DNA from: Dendrobates tinctorius
Lineage: Eukaryota
Length of the DNA: 64,000 bases
NCBI RefSeq assembly: GCF_039654945.1
Contig: NW_027361856.1
Span: forward strand, 3,162,001-3,226,000
Direction: 5' to 3'
The notes beneath the pieces are model-generated. The model had not been told where the DNA came from. It made no database searches and saw only the letters and a list, made by a program, of their open reading frames with translations. Below are positions 26,151-39,498 of this stretch, piece by piece. Every line of letters starts with the position of its first letter. Position 1 is the first letter of the stretch. The position numbers and the translations under genes are program-made.

Positions 26151-29100
26151 CCCCTTCACTACCAAGGGTGGTTTGCACGTTAACTACCGGGCCAATTTTT
26201 ACAATTCTGACCACTGTACCTTTATGAGGTCATAACTCTGGAACGCTTCTATGGATCCCGGTGATTCTGACATTGTTTTCTCGTGACATATTGTACTTCA
26301 TGTTAGTGGTAAAATTGCATTCAAATAACTTGCGTTTATTTGTGAAAAAAACGGAAATTTGGCGAAAATTTTGAAAATTTCGCAATTTTCCAACTTTGAA
26401 TTTTTATGCCCTTAAATCACAGCGATACGGCACACAAAAAACTTAATACATAACATTTCCCACATGTTTACTTTACATCAGCACAGTTTTGGAACCAAAA
26501 TTTTTTTTTGTTAGGAAGTTATAAGGGTTAAAAATTGACCAGCGATTTCTCATTTTTGCAACACCATTTTATTTTTAGGGACCACTTCACATTTGAAGCC
26601 ACTTTGAGGGGTCTATATGATAGAAAATACCCAAAAGTGACACCATTCTAAAAACTGCACCCCTTAAGGTGCTTAAAACCACATTCAAGAAGTTTATTAA
26701 CCCTTTAGGTGCGTCACAGGAATTTTTTGAATATTAAAAAAAATGAACATTTAACTTTTTTTCACAAAAAAAATACTTCAGGTTCAATTTTCTTTATTTT
26801 ACCAAGGGTAACAGGAGAAATTGGACTGCAAGACTTATTGTGCAATTTGTCCTGAGTACGCTGATACCTGATATTTGGGGGGGAACCACTGTTTCGGCGC
26901 ATGGCAAAGCTCAGAATGGAAGGAGCGCCGTTTGACTTTTTCAATGCAAAATTGGCTGGAATTCAGATCGGACGCCATGTCACGTTTGGCGAGCCCCTGA
27001 TGTACCTAAACAGTGGAAACCCCCCCAAGTGACCCCATTTTGGAAACTAGACCCCCCAAGGAACTTATCTAGATATGTGGTGAGAACTTTGAACCCACAA
27101 GGGCTTCACAGAAGTTTATAACGTACAGCGGTACAATTAAAAAATCATATTTTTTCCACAAAAATGATCTTTTCACCCCCAATTTTTATTTTTCCAAGGG
27201 TAACAGGACCCTAAAAGTTATTGTGCAATTTGTCCTGCGTACGCTGATACCCCATATGTGGGTGTAAATGACTATTTGGGCGCATAGCAGAGCTCGGAAG
27301 GGAAGCAGCGCCATTTGACGTTTTTGGCTAGAATTGAGATCGGACACCATGTCGCGATTGGAAAACCCCTGATGTACCAAAACAGTGGAAACCCCCCACA
27401 AATGACACCATTTTGGAATCTAGACCCCCCAAGGAACTTATCTAGATGTGTGGTGAGAACTTTGAACCCCCAAGGGCTTCACAGAAGTTTATAACGTACA
27501 GCAGTACAATTAAAAAATCATATTTTTTCCACAAAAATGATCTTTTCACCCTCAATTCTTATTTTTCCAAAAGTAACAGGACCCTAAAAGATATTGTGCA
27601 ATTTATCCTGAGTACGCTGATACCCCACATGTGGGGGTAAACCACTATTTGGGCGTATGGCAGAGCTCGGAAGGGAAGCAGCGCCATTTGACGTTTTTGG
27701 CTGGAATTGAGATCAGACACCATGTCGCGTTAGGAAAGCCCCTGATGTACCAAAACAGTAGAAACCCCCCACATATGACACCATTTTGGAAACTAGACCC
27801 CCCAAGGAACTTATCTAGATGTGTGGTGAGCACTTTGAACCCCCCAGTGCTTCACTGAAGTTTATAACGTCCGGGCGTGAAAATAAAAAAATCGTATTTT
27901 TTCCACAAACATGATCTTTTAGTCCCCATTTTTTTATTTTCCCAAGGGTAACAGGAGAAATTGGACCCCAAAAGTTGTTGTCCAATTTGTCCTGAGTACG
28001 CTGTTACCTCATATGTGGGAGAAAACTACTGTATGGGCACACGTCGGGGCTCGGAAGGGAAGTAGTGACGTTTTGGAATGCAGACTTTGATGGAATGGTC
28101 TGCGGGTGTCATGTTGCGTTTGGAGAGCCCCTGATGTACCTAAATAGTGGAAACCCCCCACAAGTGACCCCATTTTGGAAACTAGACCCCCTAATGAACT
28201 TATCTAGATGTGTGGTGAGCACTTTGAACCCCCCAGTGCTTCACAGAAGTTTATAACGACCGGGCGTGAAAATAAAAATATCGTATTTTTTCAACAAACA
28301 TCATCTTTTAGTCCCCATTTTTTTTATTTTCCCAAGGGTAACAGGAGAAATTGGACCCCAAAAGTTGTTGTCCAATTTGTCCTGAGTACGCTGATACCTC
28401 ATATGTGGGAGAAAACTACTGTATGGGCACACGTCGGGGCTCGGAAGGGAAGTAGTGACGTTTTGGAATGCAGACTTTGATGGATTGGTATGCGGGTGTC
28501 ATATGCGTTTGGAGAGCCCCTAATGTACCTAAACTATTGAAACTCCCCACAAGTGACCCCATTTTGGAAACTAGACCCCCCACCGAGCTTATCTAGATGT
28601 GTGGAGAGCACTTTGAACCCCCAAGTGCTTCACAGAAGTTTATAACGCCTGGGCGTGAAAATAAAAAAAACATTTTTTTCCGCAAAATTATATTTTTGCC
28701 CCCAATTTTTTATTTTCCTAAGGGTAACAGGAGAAATTGGACCCCAAAAGTTGTTTTGTAATTTGTCCTGAGTAGGCGGATACCCTACATGTGGGGGTAA
28801 AACACTGTTTGGGCACATGGCAGAGCTTGGAAGGGAAGGAGCACCATTTGACTTTTTCAACGCAGAATTGGCTGGAATTGAGATCAGACGCCATGTTGCC
28901 TTTGGAGAGCACCTGATGTGCCCAAACAGTGGAAACCCCCAATTATAACTCCAACCCGAACCTCAACACACCGCTAANNNNNNNNNNNNNNNNNNNNNNN
29001 NNNNNNNNNNNNNNNNNNNNNNNNNNNNNNNNNNNNNNNNNNNNNNNNNNNNNNNNNNNNNNNNNNNNNNNNNNNNNNNNNNNNNNNNNNNNNNNNNNNN

Positions 29101-30571
29101 NNNNNNNNNNNNNNNATAAATACATTTTCTTTTAGTTTTATTATTTTTCCCTAACTAAGGGGGTGATAACGGGGGGTTTGATTTACGATTTATGGCGGTT
29201 TTTATGTTTGGCGGCTGTCGCACGCTAAAAGACGCTTTTTATTGTAAAAATAGTTTTTGCATCACCACATATTGTGAGCTATAATTTTTCCGTATTTTGA
29301 CCCACCGAGTCATGTGAGGTCTTATTTTTTGCGGGACGAGTTGACGTTTTTATTGGTACCATTTTCGGGCACGTGACATTTTTTGATCGCTTTTTATTCC
29401 GATTTTTGGGACGCAGAATGAACAAAAACCAGCGTTTCATGAATTTCTTTTGGGGGGGTGCGTTTACACCGTTCCGCGTGCGGTAAAATTGATAAAGCAG
29501 TTTTATTCTTCGGGTCAGTACGATTACAGCGATGCCTCATTTATGTCGTTTTTTTATGTTTTGTCGGTTTTTTGCAATGAAAACTATTTTATATAAAAAA
29601 TAATTATTTTTGTATCGCTTTATTCTGCGAGCTATAACTTTTTTATTTTTTTGCGGATGATGCTGTATGGTGGATCGTTTTTTGCGGGACAAGATGACAT
29701 TTTCAGCGGTACCATGCATATTTATATGCGTCTTTTTGATCGCACGTTATTGCACTTTTTGTTCGGTGGTATGATAATAAATCATTATTTTTTGCTTCGT
29801 TTTTTATTTTTATTTTTTAAGGGGTTCGCCAAAGGGGTTAACTAATGGGACAGTTTTATAGGGCAGGTCATTACGGACGCGGCGATACCAAATATGTGTA
29901 CTTTTATTGTTTTTGTTTTTTTTTTATTTTGAAAAAATGGATTTATTGGGGAATATTTTTTTTTTTTTACTGATTTATTTAGCGATTTTTTTTAAATTAT
30001 TTTTAACACTTTTTTTTTTTTTTTTTACTTTATTACCTTGTCCCAGGTGGGACATCGCTGTCCTGTGACAGATCGCTGATCTGTCACATCACAGATCACT
30101 GTGACAGATCAGCGATCTGTCACAGGCACTGCTGCAGACTTCCTCATGCCTGCGCTTTGCAGGCACTGAGGAAGCCAGCTTCCTCAGGCCCCCGAAGGCC
30201 CCCGTCGCCATCTTGGATCCGGGGGCCTGTAGGGAAAGAGCCCCCCGCAGCAGCGCTGCACATTGCGCTGCCGTGGGGGGCTCAGGGAAGCACGGAGGGA
30301 GCCCCCTCCCTGCCGATGCTTCCCTTTAACCCCCGGTACACCGCGATCGCGTTTGATCGCGGTGTGCAAGGGGTTAACGTGTCGGGGGCGGTCCGTGACC
30401 GCCCCTGACACATTGTGCCGGGTGTCAGCTATGATAATTAGCTGACACTCGGCCGCGATCAGCGGCGCTCACCACGTGGGCGCCGCTGATCGCGATGACG
30501 TAATATTCCGTCCATGGTAATTAGGTCCATGGTCACATGGACGGAATATTACATCAATTGTAGGTAAGGGG
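26151..30571. mobile_element. Non-autonomous TTAA-specific (piggyBac-type) element with internal 375-390-bp tandem repeats; spans an assembly gap
   Basis: TTAA-CCCCTTCACTAC ... GTAGGTAAGGGG-TTAA; internal array about 26780-28940. Confidence 0.8.
28978..29115. other. Assembly gap (N run)
   Basis: Run of n bases. Confidence 0.99.
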
Positions 30572-32819
30572 TTAAAGAGCAGTACTCCCACAGGTGGTGG
30601 TGCAAAGTACATACAGCAGCTTAAAGGACAGTACAGGCGGGGGGTGCAGAGTACACACAGCATCTTAAAGGACAGTACTTCCACAGGTGAGGGGGGTGCA
30701 GAGCACTCACAAATGCTTAAAGTACAGTACTCCCACAGACGGGGGATGCAGAGTACACAGAGTGGCTTAAAGGACAGTACTTCCACAGGCGGGGGGTGCA
30801 GAGTGCACACAGCATCTTAAAGGACAGTACTCCCACAGATTGGGGGATTCAGAACACACAGAATCACTTTCAACACAGCACTAGCACATTACTACCACAT
30901 ATAGAGGTTTCAGGGTACACACAGCATTTCTTTTGCAGAGTGCACAGTCAGACTCTGTCCCTCACTCCAGCTGCATCCTATCCCTACACTAATGGGAGCA
31001 TAATGGAGGCTGGTCACATGCTGTGCTGGCCAACACTTGTCATGGATGTGATAGCTCTGGAAGTTTGCACACTCTGAGGGCATGTTGATTGGCTGCGCTA
31101 GTCTTTCAACAAGCTTTATTAGACTGGTGAACCCAAACAGGAAACTGAGCATATAGTAAAATGTCCATGCTCTGTGTTTCCAGTTCAGGTTTGCTCATCC
31201 CTACTCCAGACCTTTTCGCTTCCTTCAAAGTGTACCATGCAGAACATTGTGCCCTTCAAACCCATTATTGCAGAACTCTGTCTCCTTAAGAAACATTGGT
31301 CACCTTCTACACCGCTCCTGCCATTTTTGATATCTCTATACCTTTCTGATCCTTCCAGACATATTCACAACTGACAGACGTCTGTCTTCTCCAATACTTT
31401 GCTTTCTCCATGCCCATACCAATGTAGATACGTGTGCCGACCGGGGGTGGCCCCTTTCTTCACCGCGAACAGACTGAGACAGAGACTGATGTGCGTCCAA
31501 CAGGTCCTCCTTTATTGGCCGTCCTCTCAACGCCCGCAGCACCACACAGCTGCTGCACAACGAGCTCCACACACAGGCCCGGGTACCTTTCCCTTTCTTC
31601 TGTCTTCCTGAATGACGTCCCTGGCTGCTCTTTCACTGTGGGTGCCCTAGGCCTACCACCACAGCGCTTCACCTGTCCAAGTCCATCCGTCTCTGGTACC
31701 CCCGGGCTCTCTCTGTCCTGCGACTCTCCTGTCAGGGCCACCCCCCTGACCGTCTCCCTCACCAGTCCTTCCCGGAGCTTCTTCTTGTCCTGCCTCTCCC
31801 TCCCGTCTTCTTCACTCCTAAGCTCCTCTCCCTGGACTGACTACTTCTGGAACTCTCCCCAACTACAGTATATAACCCCTCCCTGGGAATTCCCCCTCTA
31901 GAGCACCTGTAACCCCGCCCCCCATGACTTTGTGGTTTCATAGCCTTAAGCTGCTGTTAAGCCCTGTCCTCACTGCTCCCTGCTCCCATCTTGTGGCCAA
32001 ACTGCAGTACTACACCTTCTGCTGTTTCTGCTGTCCTTGGTCTCCCCATAGTGGCAAAACCCAGTATTTCACCTCTGCCTAGCTGTCTCCCACCTTCATA
32101 TCCAGCAGTCTATGTTCGGCACTGCACACTGCACATTAACCTTCCCACTGCAGACCGGTCCATAAGTTGGCCCATTTCCCCTACACCTTCACCTTAAGTC
32201 TGTTCTTTCCAGATAAATGTAGACCCTTTGTCACCTCCACACTTCACTATCACCTACAGAATTTTCTGACCTTTCTGTCGGCTGGGTGCCCACGATCTGG
32301 GACTAGCAGCGTTTTGGACACAGTGCATGTCCGCTGCTGGCTAATGAATGCAGGTTACTCCTCTGTGATCACTGAACTTTGCAGATTCACTGCATCCAAC
32401 ACATTCTATGGGTGAAATTTCTGTAGCACAGACTCGTGTCTCCACAAGATAAATAGACACCCTGCTGTCTTGGGAGACACGCCTCATATCCGTCTGTGCG
32501 GGGGAGCCGCGGGCGTCTCTGGACGCATAGTGGACATGAGATTTCTTGAAATCCCACCCAATATGCTGTAACAGCTGGACGCTGCTGGCTGGATGCTGTA
32601 CAGGTATTCAGCGGTCAACTCGCAGAATTTACTGATCGTGTGTACATACCCATAGCCCTTGTCACCTCCAGACCCCTCAGTTTCTCCTCCTAACTCCACC
32701 ATCTGCCTGATTATTGTGACACCTTCCTTTGGCTGCCATTTTTTTCCAGAGTGGTATTTACTGTGCTATCTCCATGGTCTCCATGGTCTGTCTCACACCT
32801 TGTGTTCCATCTCCCACAG

Positions 32820-32948
32820 TGGTGACAGCAGCGCAGATGGCAGGGGCAGCTATGTACGAGCTGGTGCGTGTGGGTCACTCTGAGCTGGTGGGTGAGATCA
32901 TCCGACTAGAAGGCGACTTGGCTACAATTCAGGTTTATGAGGAGACCT
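32820..32948 (+). CDS. ATP6V1A: V-ATPase catalytic subunit A exon (equivalent to human exon 3), 129 nt
   Basis: [42 protein letters not shown]; AG acceptor; GTATCCTTT donor. Confidence 0.95.
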
Positions 32949-34330
32949 GTATCCTTTCCAAAATGCAGTCTTTAGGGTGGTGCTGTTCTCCCCTCTCAAG
33001 CCAATGAAGAAACCTGCCCTGCTGCGCTGCAGACAAGAAAGCTTCCAGGGCTGATAAATTGTGTTTCCTTTATTGCAAGGAAGAGAAAGGGGCAATTTAT
33101 GGGGACATTGTCTTATTCTATGGAAATTTCTGAAGATAATAAAAATCTTCAGGTATAAAATGTGGATCCATGGATTTCCTGAAATCTCAATGGTAGAGAT
33201 GGGCGGACACCTGGATGTTCGGGTACGGCCGGTTCGGACGAACAGTTACAAAAAGTTTACCCAGAAGTGTACCCAGATCCAATCCTGGACCTCATTCACT
33301 TTAATGGGGGGCCCAAAAATCCAGTGTTTGCCATGCTGTCATGTGCATGAAAGCGTGGCAAACACCACTTTTGACGGCGATAAAATTATCACCGCCGGCA
33401 AGACAGCCGCGGTTCCCATGCTGTCAAAGAGAGTGAGTGTGCAGCTGTAATCGAAGGTATAAAGTTTACCTCTGGTCACTGGTGTCAGCTGATGGGACTA
33501 CTGCACCCATCACACTACGCCTGCTGCCGCTAATAACAGCGAGAGTAGGTGGTGGCTGATGGAAATATTCATAAGCCTACTCTTGCACTGTAAATAAATA
33601 ATTTTAAAAAATGGCATTTATTCCCCTGTGTTTTTAATAACCAGCCAGGCAAATCTGACAGCTGCAGGCTGCAACCTTAAGCTGGGTGACTGCAGGCTGC
33701 TATTTTTAAGCTGGGGGCAATATCCATGGCCCTTATCCATCCTGAGAATTCCAGCCCCCAGCTGTCTGTTTTAGCCTGGCTGGTTGTCAAAAATGGTGGG
33801 GACCCCATGCCGGTTTTTAAAATTATTTATTTAAATAATTAAAAAATATGGCATGGGGACCCCACTATTTTTGATAACCAGCCTTGCTGAAACTGACAAC
33901 TGAGGGTTGCTGCCTCCAGCTGAGAGTTTTGACTGGCTGGTTGTCAAAAAAACAGAGGAACCCACACTGGAGTTAAACTTTATACCTCTGATCACTGCTG
34001 CGGGCTCACACTGTCATTTGACAGCATGGGATCTGCGGCTGTCTAACTGGCGGTGATGGTTTTACCACTGATCAGAAGCAGTGTTTGTCGCGCTGTCATG
34101 TGCATGACAGCGCGACAAGCACCCGGTGTTCGGGGGGCCGAACCTGAACAGTAACACGGACTTCCTGGAGAAGTCCGTGTTTGTTGTCCGTGCCTGAACA
34201 GTAGTTGTTTAGTATGGACGCCAAACTTTACTGTTTGGGTTGGCCCATCTCTACTCAATGCCAATTTATTTGACTTGCCTATCAAATTCCCCATGCATAC
34301 CAAAATCTTTCCTTAATCTGAGTCCTTCAG
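32949..34330 (+). other. U12-type (minor spliceosome) GT-AG intron
   Basis: 5' splice site GTATCCTTT; branch point TTTCCTTAAT at 34308-34317, close to the acceptor AG. Confidence 0.9.
33194..34253. mobile_element. hAT MITE inside the U12 intron
   Basis: TIR TAGAGATGGGC / GCCCATCTCTA; 8-bp TSD CTCAATGG/CTCAATGC; long internal inverted arms. Confidence 0.85.
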
Positions 34331-34545
34331 CTGGAGTGTCTGTTGGTGACCCAGTCCTGAGGACTGGAAAGCCTCTGTCCGTAGAGCTCGGCCCTGGAAT
34401 TATGGGGAACATCTTTGATGGGATCCAACGACCATTGAAAGATATTGCAGAACTGACGAAAAGCATCTACATCCCTCGCGGAATCAATGTGACTGCTTTA
34501 TCACGCGATATTAAATGGGAATTTATTCCAGATAAGAACATCAGG
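34331..34545 (+). CDS. ATP6V1A: V-ATPase A exon (exon 4 equivalent), 215 nt
   Basis: [42 protein letters not shown]; AG/GTAAGT. Confidence 0.95.
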
Positions 34546-34673
34546 GTAAGTAACCGCATAATAGGCGATGAGCGTACATTTACTTACATCTTCAAAAGAA
34601 TGATTACTCCTTTGGTAATATCCACCAGCAGAGACACGGTCATTATTTCATTTTTTACACTCTTCATAAATTA

Positions 34674-36264
34674 CAGTTGTGTGAAAAAGTGATTGCCCCC
34701 TTCCTGATTTCCTATTATTTTGCATGTTTGTCACACTTAAATGTTTTGATCACCAAACAAACTTTAATCTTAGACAAAGATAACACAAGTAATCACAAAA
34801 TGCAGTTTATAAATGAAGGTCTTTATTATTAAGGGAAAAAGAATCCAAACCTACAGGGCCCTGTGTGAAAAAGTGATTGCCCCATCCCTTAAATCATAAA
34901 GTAAACTGTCGTTTATCACATCTTTACGAAGCTGAGATCAAATTCCCTAACCACACCCAGGTCTGATTACTGCCACACCTGTTCTCAATCAAGAAAACGC
35001 TTAAATAGGACCTGCCTGACAAAGTGAAGTAGACCAAAAGATCCTCAAAAGCTAGGCATCATGCAGCGATCCAAAGAAATTATGGAACAAATGAGAAACA
35101 AAATAATAGAGATCTATCAGTCTGGGAAAGGTTATAAAGCCATTTCTAAAGCTTTGGGACTCTAGCGAACCACAATGAAAGCCATTGTCCACAAATGTTG
35201 AAGACACGGAACAGTGTTGAATCTTCCCAGGATTGGTCAGCTGACCAAAATTACCTCTAGAGCACAGCGACTACGCATCTAAAAAGGAACAATAAAACCT
35301 CACAACAACATCCAAAGAACTACAGGCCTCACTTGCCTCAGTTAAGGTCAGTGTTCATGACTCCACCTTAAGAAAGAGACTGGGCAAAAAATGGCCTGCA
35401 TGTTAGAGTTCCAAGACTAAAACCACTGCTGAGCAATAAGAACATAAAGGCTCGTCTCAGTTTTGCCAGAAAACATCTTGATAATCCCCAAGACTTTTGG
35501 GAGAATACTCTGTGGACTGATGAGACAAAACTTAAACTTTTTGAAAGGTGTATGTCCCATTACATCTGGTGTAGACGTAACAGAGCATTTCAGAAAAGGA
35601 ACATCAAACTAACAGTAAAATATGGTGGTGGTAATGTGATGGTTTGGGGCTGTTTTGCTGCTTCAGGACCTGAAAGACTTGCTGTCTGCCAAAAAATCCT
35701 GAAGGAGAATGTCTGGTCATCTGTTCATGACTTCAAGCTGAAGCACACTTGGGTTATGCAGCAGGACAATGATCCAAAACACAACAGTAAGTCCAAGTAA
35801 GTCCACCACTGAATGGCTTAAAAAAATTATGACTTTGGAGTGACTTAGTTAAAGTCCTACCCTTGAGATGCTGTGGCATGACCTTAAAAAGACGGTTCAT
35901 GCTTGGAAACCCCCAATGTGGCAGAATTACAGCAATTCTGCAGAGATGAGTGACCAAAATTCTACAGAGCGCTGTAAAAGTCTCATTGCCAGTTATCACT
36001 AACGCTTGATTGAAGTTGTTGCTGCCAAAGGTGGCCCAACCAGTTATCATGTTTAGGGGGTGATCACTTTTTCACATAGGGCCCTGTAGGTTTGGATTTC
36101 TTTTTCCTTTAATAATAAAGACCTTCATTTATAAACTAAATTTTGTGATTATTTGTGTTTTCTCTGTCAAATATTTACCTTTGTTTGGTGATCTGAAACA
36201 TTTAAATGTGACAAACATGCAAAAGAATAGATCAGGAAGGAGCAAATACTTTTTCACACAACTG
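34674..36264 (+). mobile_element. Near full-length Tc1 transposon, transposase pseudogenised
   Basis: TA-CAGTTGTGTGAAAAAG...CTTTTTCACACAACTG-TA; ~210-bp IR/DR arms; WTDETK, KYGGG, QQDNDPKH; multiple stops. Confidence 0.93.
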
Positions 36265-36456
36265 TATATCAAACTGTAAAAAATAAGCATACTCTAGGAG
36301 CCAGACTTTGGCTAGTCATGACCACATATCACTTCATGCTTTATAGGAATTCCCAGAGGGGAAAGTTTTATTATTGACTCTCGTCTGAATTTTAGTAATT
36401 TAGAGCAAGACTTTCCAGGTAGAAGCCCTAATCCTACAGTTTGTCTTCTCTCGCAG

Positions 36457-36594
36457 GCCGGGAGTCACGTCACTGGAGGAGATATTTATGGAATAGTCAA
36501 TGAAAACTCACTCATCAAACAGAAGATCATGGTTCCTCCACGCAGCTGCGGCACAGTCACATACATTGCACCGCCGGGGAACTACGATGTGTCG
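36457..36594 (+). CDS. ATP6V1A: V-ATPase A exon (exon 5 equivalent), 138 nt
   Basis: [46 protein letters not shown] (not in ORF track); AG/GT. Confidence 0.93.
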
Positions 36595-36675
36595 GTATGA
36601 TACCCAAGCCATTCAGTAGCGTGATGAGTAGACATACACACAATGGCCAAGCAAACCCTGTAATTCTCTTGTCAG

Positions 36676-36827
36676 GATGTGGTCATGGAATTAGACTTTG
36701 AAGGCATCAAGGAGAAGCTGACCATGATCCAAGTATGGCCCGTCCGACAGATTCGTCCAACCACAGAAAAACTCCCAGCAAACAACCCCCTGCTGACTGG
36801 GCAGAGAGTCCTGGATGCCCTCTTTCC
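36676..36827 (+). CDS. ATP6V1A: V-ATPase A exon (exon 6 equivalent), 152 nt
   Basis: [51 protein letters not shown]. Confidence 0.95.
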
Positions 36828-37667
36828 GTATGTCTTTCATGCTTTATTTGTATTTCAGGGTCTGTCAGGAAAAAAAATCACTGTTCACTTCAAACCAAGC
36901 ACAGCACTTTGTATGAGGAACATTGTCTGACTATAAATTGTGCCTTCATGCCCAGCCACTGATCCATTTGCCAGACTTTCTTCTTTATTGATAAACCTGC
37001 TGGGTACAACCTGGGTTTGGCCAAGCTTTTCAGAACAACTTTTCAGCTACTGATTTTTCTTCTTTCTCCCCCTTCCTCCATCTCCTGTTGATCTAGAACC
37101 ATCAAGCATGCCAAACGAGAAGCTGGGAAGGGACGTGAATTGTCCGCCCTTGCCAAAGGTGCATTGAGCACTTAATTAGCACAACTGAATGAAGATAAAA
37201 TTCTGACAGCAACGATTTAGGCATTACGGTTTTATTAGGCTTAATTCCCCTTCAAGGTGCTGTGCTTAGTTTGACCAGTCAGTTTCTGCTGACAGACTTC
37301 CTTTAACCTATTAACCTACAGTAGTCTCCTAGAGCTATAGATGGTGACCATATTGATGACCGTGGGCACCTCTTGTGCCATCTCATTGACTCCAAATCCT
37401 TTCTTTAGTATCTGGGAGTAGTGTTACACAGGGAACTGCTTGCTAGAGCTATGGCTCTAGAGGAGAACCATATTTTAAGCTGGGCTGCAGTATCTGCTCC
37501 TTTTCCAAGCACAGTCACCTGTGTCTAAGGTGAGGACACCTGCAAACAGAGGGCGTTAATCTATAGATCTGCAAGTATAGGCGGATTTATTCCAGAGCAT
37601 TTTGTGAAACAATTGAGGCATTGATGGCACTTTTCACTATAATACAGATCATATTTGTATTTTCCAG

Positions 37668-37830
37668 ATGTGTCTTAGGTGGAACAACAGCAATTCCTGG
37701 AGCTTTTGGTTGTGGGAAAACAGTCATCTCTCAAGCCCTCTCCAAATACTCAAATAGTGATGTGATTGTCTATGTGGGCTGTGGAGAGCGTGGCAATGAA
37801 ATGTCTGAGGTGCTGAGAGATTTCCCTGAG
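37668..37830 (+). CDS. ATP6V1A: V-ATPase A exon (exon 7 equivalent) with P-loop, 163 nt
   Basis: Walker A GAFGCGKT; [15 protein letters not shown]. Confidence 0.96.
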
Positions 37831-37942
37831 GTAAGGCCATAAATAACCCATCTGAGTATACTGAAAGACCACAAATGCCTGCCATCAATCTGTAAGAGGG
37901 TCACTTGTGTGTGGCACCTGGCCACAAACAGCTTTTACTTAA

Positions 37943-38086
37943 AGGGAATCTGTCACCAATTGTTTTGCCTATAAGCTGCCGGCACCGCCATCAGGGGCTT
38001 ATCTACAGCATTACAGAATGCTGTAGATAAGCCCCCGATGGCGATGCCGTCAGCTGATACACGAAAAATGGGGTGACAGATTCCCT
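37943..38086. mobile_element. Kolobok/T2-type MITE
   Basis: TTAA-AGGGAATCTGTCACC...GGTGACAGATTCCCT-TTAA. Confidence 0.85.
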
Positions 38087-38349
38087 TTAATGTGATATGT
38101 ATCAGTTGCCATCTTTAAATGAGACTTGAGCTAGGAGGTTACACATTAAAACTGAGGGGCAGAGCTTAGCAGTTACGCATTACTACTGAGGCCTGAACAA
38201 GGAGGTTACACATCAAAACTGAGGCACAGAGCTTTGCAGTTATGAATTGGGACTCAGACCTTAACAAGGAGGATAAACATCAAAACTGAGGCACAGAGCT
38301 TAGTATTTACTCAAAATTAAGGCCAGATCTAGGAGGTTACAAATCAAAA

Positions 38350-39498
38350 GGATCTCCCGATACCGGAGGTTTGGGGGAAATCTGGAATTAAAAGGGTGGG
38401 GGATGTTTTTAGTGGAGTGGAGTTCCTGAAATTCGGTGAGATCAGGGTTAAATATAATTTACCGTCATCTGAGCTAGTCTTTTACACCATGTTGAAAGAT
38501 AGAATTTGGAAATTCATAAAAGGGAAGACTTTGAATTATGAAATGCTATCTTCACTATTGTGCAACCTTAAAAATAAAAACCTCTGGAGTCTGCGTAATT
38601 TGTATAGATCTGTCGTCAAAGACCTAACGAGCCACAAAAACATATACATGAAGAGATGGGAGTCCGATTTTGGTGCTGATATCCGTCTCTAGAACTGGAA
38701 CGATGCCATCAAAAACACTTACAATTCCAACATATCAATGGGTCTTCATGAGAGTTATTTCAAATTATTAAATAGATGGTACTATACCCCGACGAGGTTA
38801 TCGCATTTTAACACAGAGCTATCTTCCTTGTGCTGGAGAGATTGTGGACACCAAGGGAACCTCTACCATATTTTCTGGGGTTGTTCAAAAATCAAAAACC
38901 TCTGGCTTCAAGTCACACAGCACATTAACCTCATTGCTAAGGACTTCACAATTACACCCGAAAGAGCACTTCTTTCATTAGACATGGAACAATTTGATGA
39001 TTCGGTAAGACACATTATCATACACATCCTCTTAGTGACCAAGACCATGTTAGCACAATGGTGGAAGAAAGCAGAGGTTCCCAAGTTTTCGGTCATACTT
39101 GACAAGATAGGCCAACACAGTGATTTAGAACGCAGATTTGCGATTAACAACAATCACATTCACAAATACTCAAAAAAATGGAAGACCTGGAACAACAAAT
39201 TTCATATCAAATAGACTTAACAAGAGGCACTATATTTTGAAGTTTAAACCTGGGCGCTTTAGTACAGGGATGCTGTATCTCCTTCCAAGAATGTTACCCC
39301 ATAATAAGGATTGTCGATTTTTTTTTTCTTTTATGTTGTTCGATATATGTTATTCTATGCCTATTTGTGGGTTCTCTAGTTTTTAAAAAATTTTTCCGTA
39401 CCTGTACAAGGTTGTTTATTCCCCACTCCCTTCCCTCCCTTCCTACCTTCCTTTCCCTACCCTGTTTATTTCTAAAAAACCAATAAAATTATTTGAAA
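38350..39498 (+). mobile_element. L1/Tx1-like LINE 3' fragment inserted in a minisatellite
   Basis: RWYYTPTRL..CWRDCGHQGNLYHIFWGC; AATAAA and A-rich end; 11-bp TSD ACAAATCAAAA. Confidence 0.85.

Larger units (their letters stand above)
12567..30860. repeat. ~50-bp minisatellite (acacagcagcttcaaggacagtactcccacagg..gtgcagagt) split into six blocks by TE insertions
   Basis: Blocks at 12567-13322, 16521-16674, 17473-17715, 21458-21668, 26081-26150 and 30572-30860. Confidence 0.9.

Noticed and set aside
32484-32702. GYGYVH peptide resembling the first ATP6V1A coding exon
   Set aside because: Wrong strand and no flanking similarity; it coincides with a MITE-like end.
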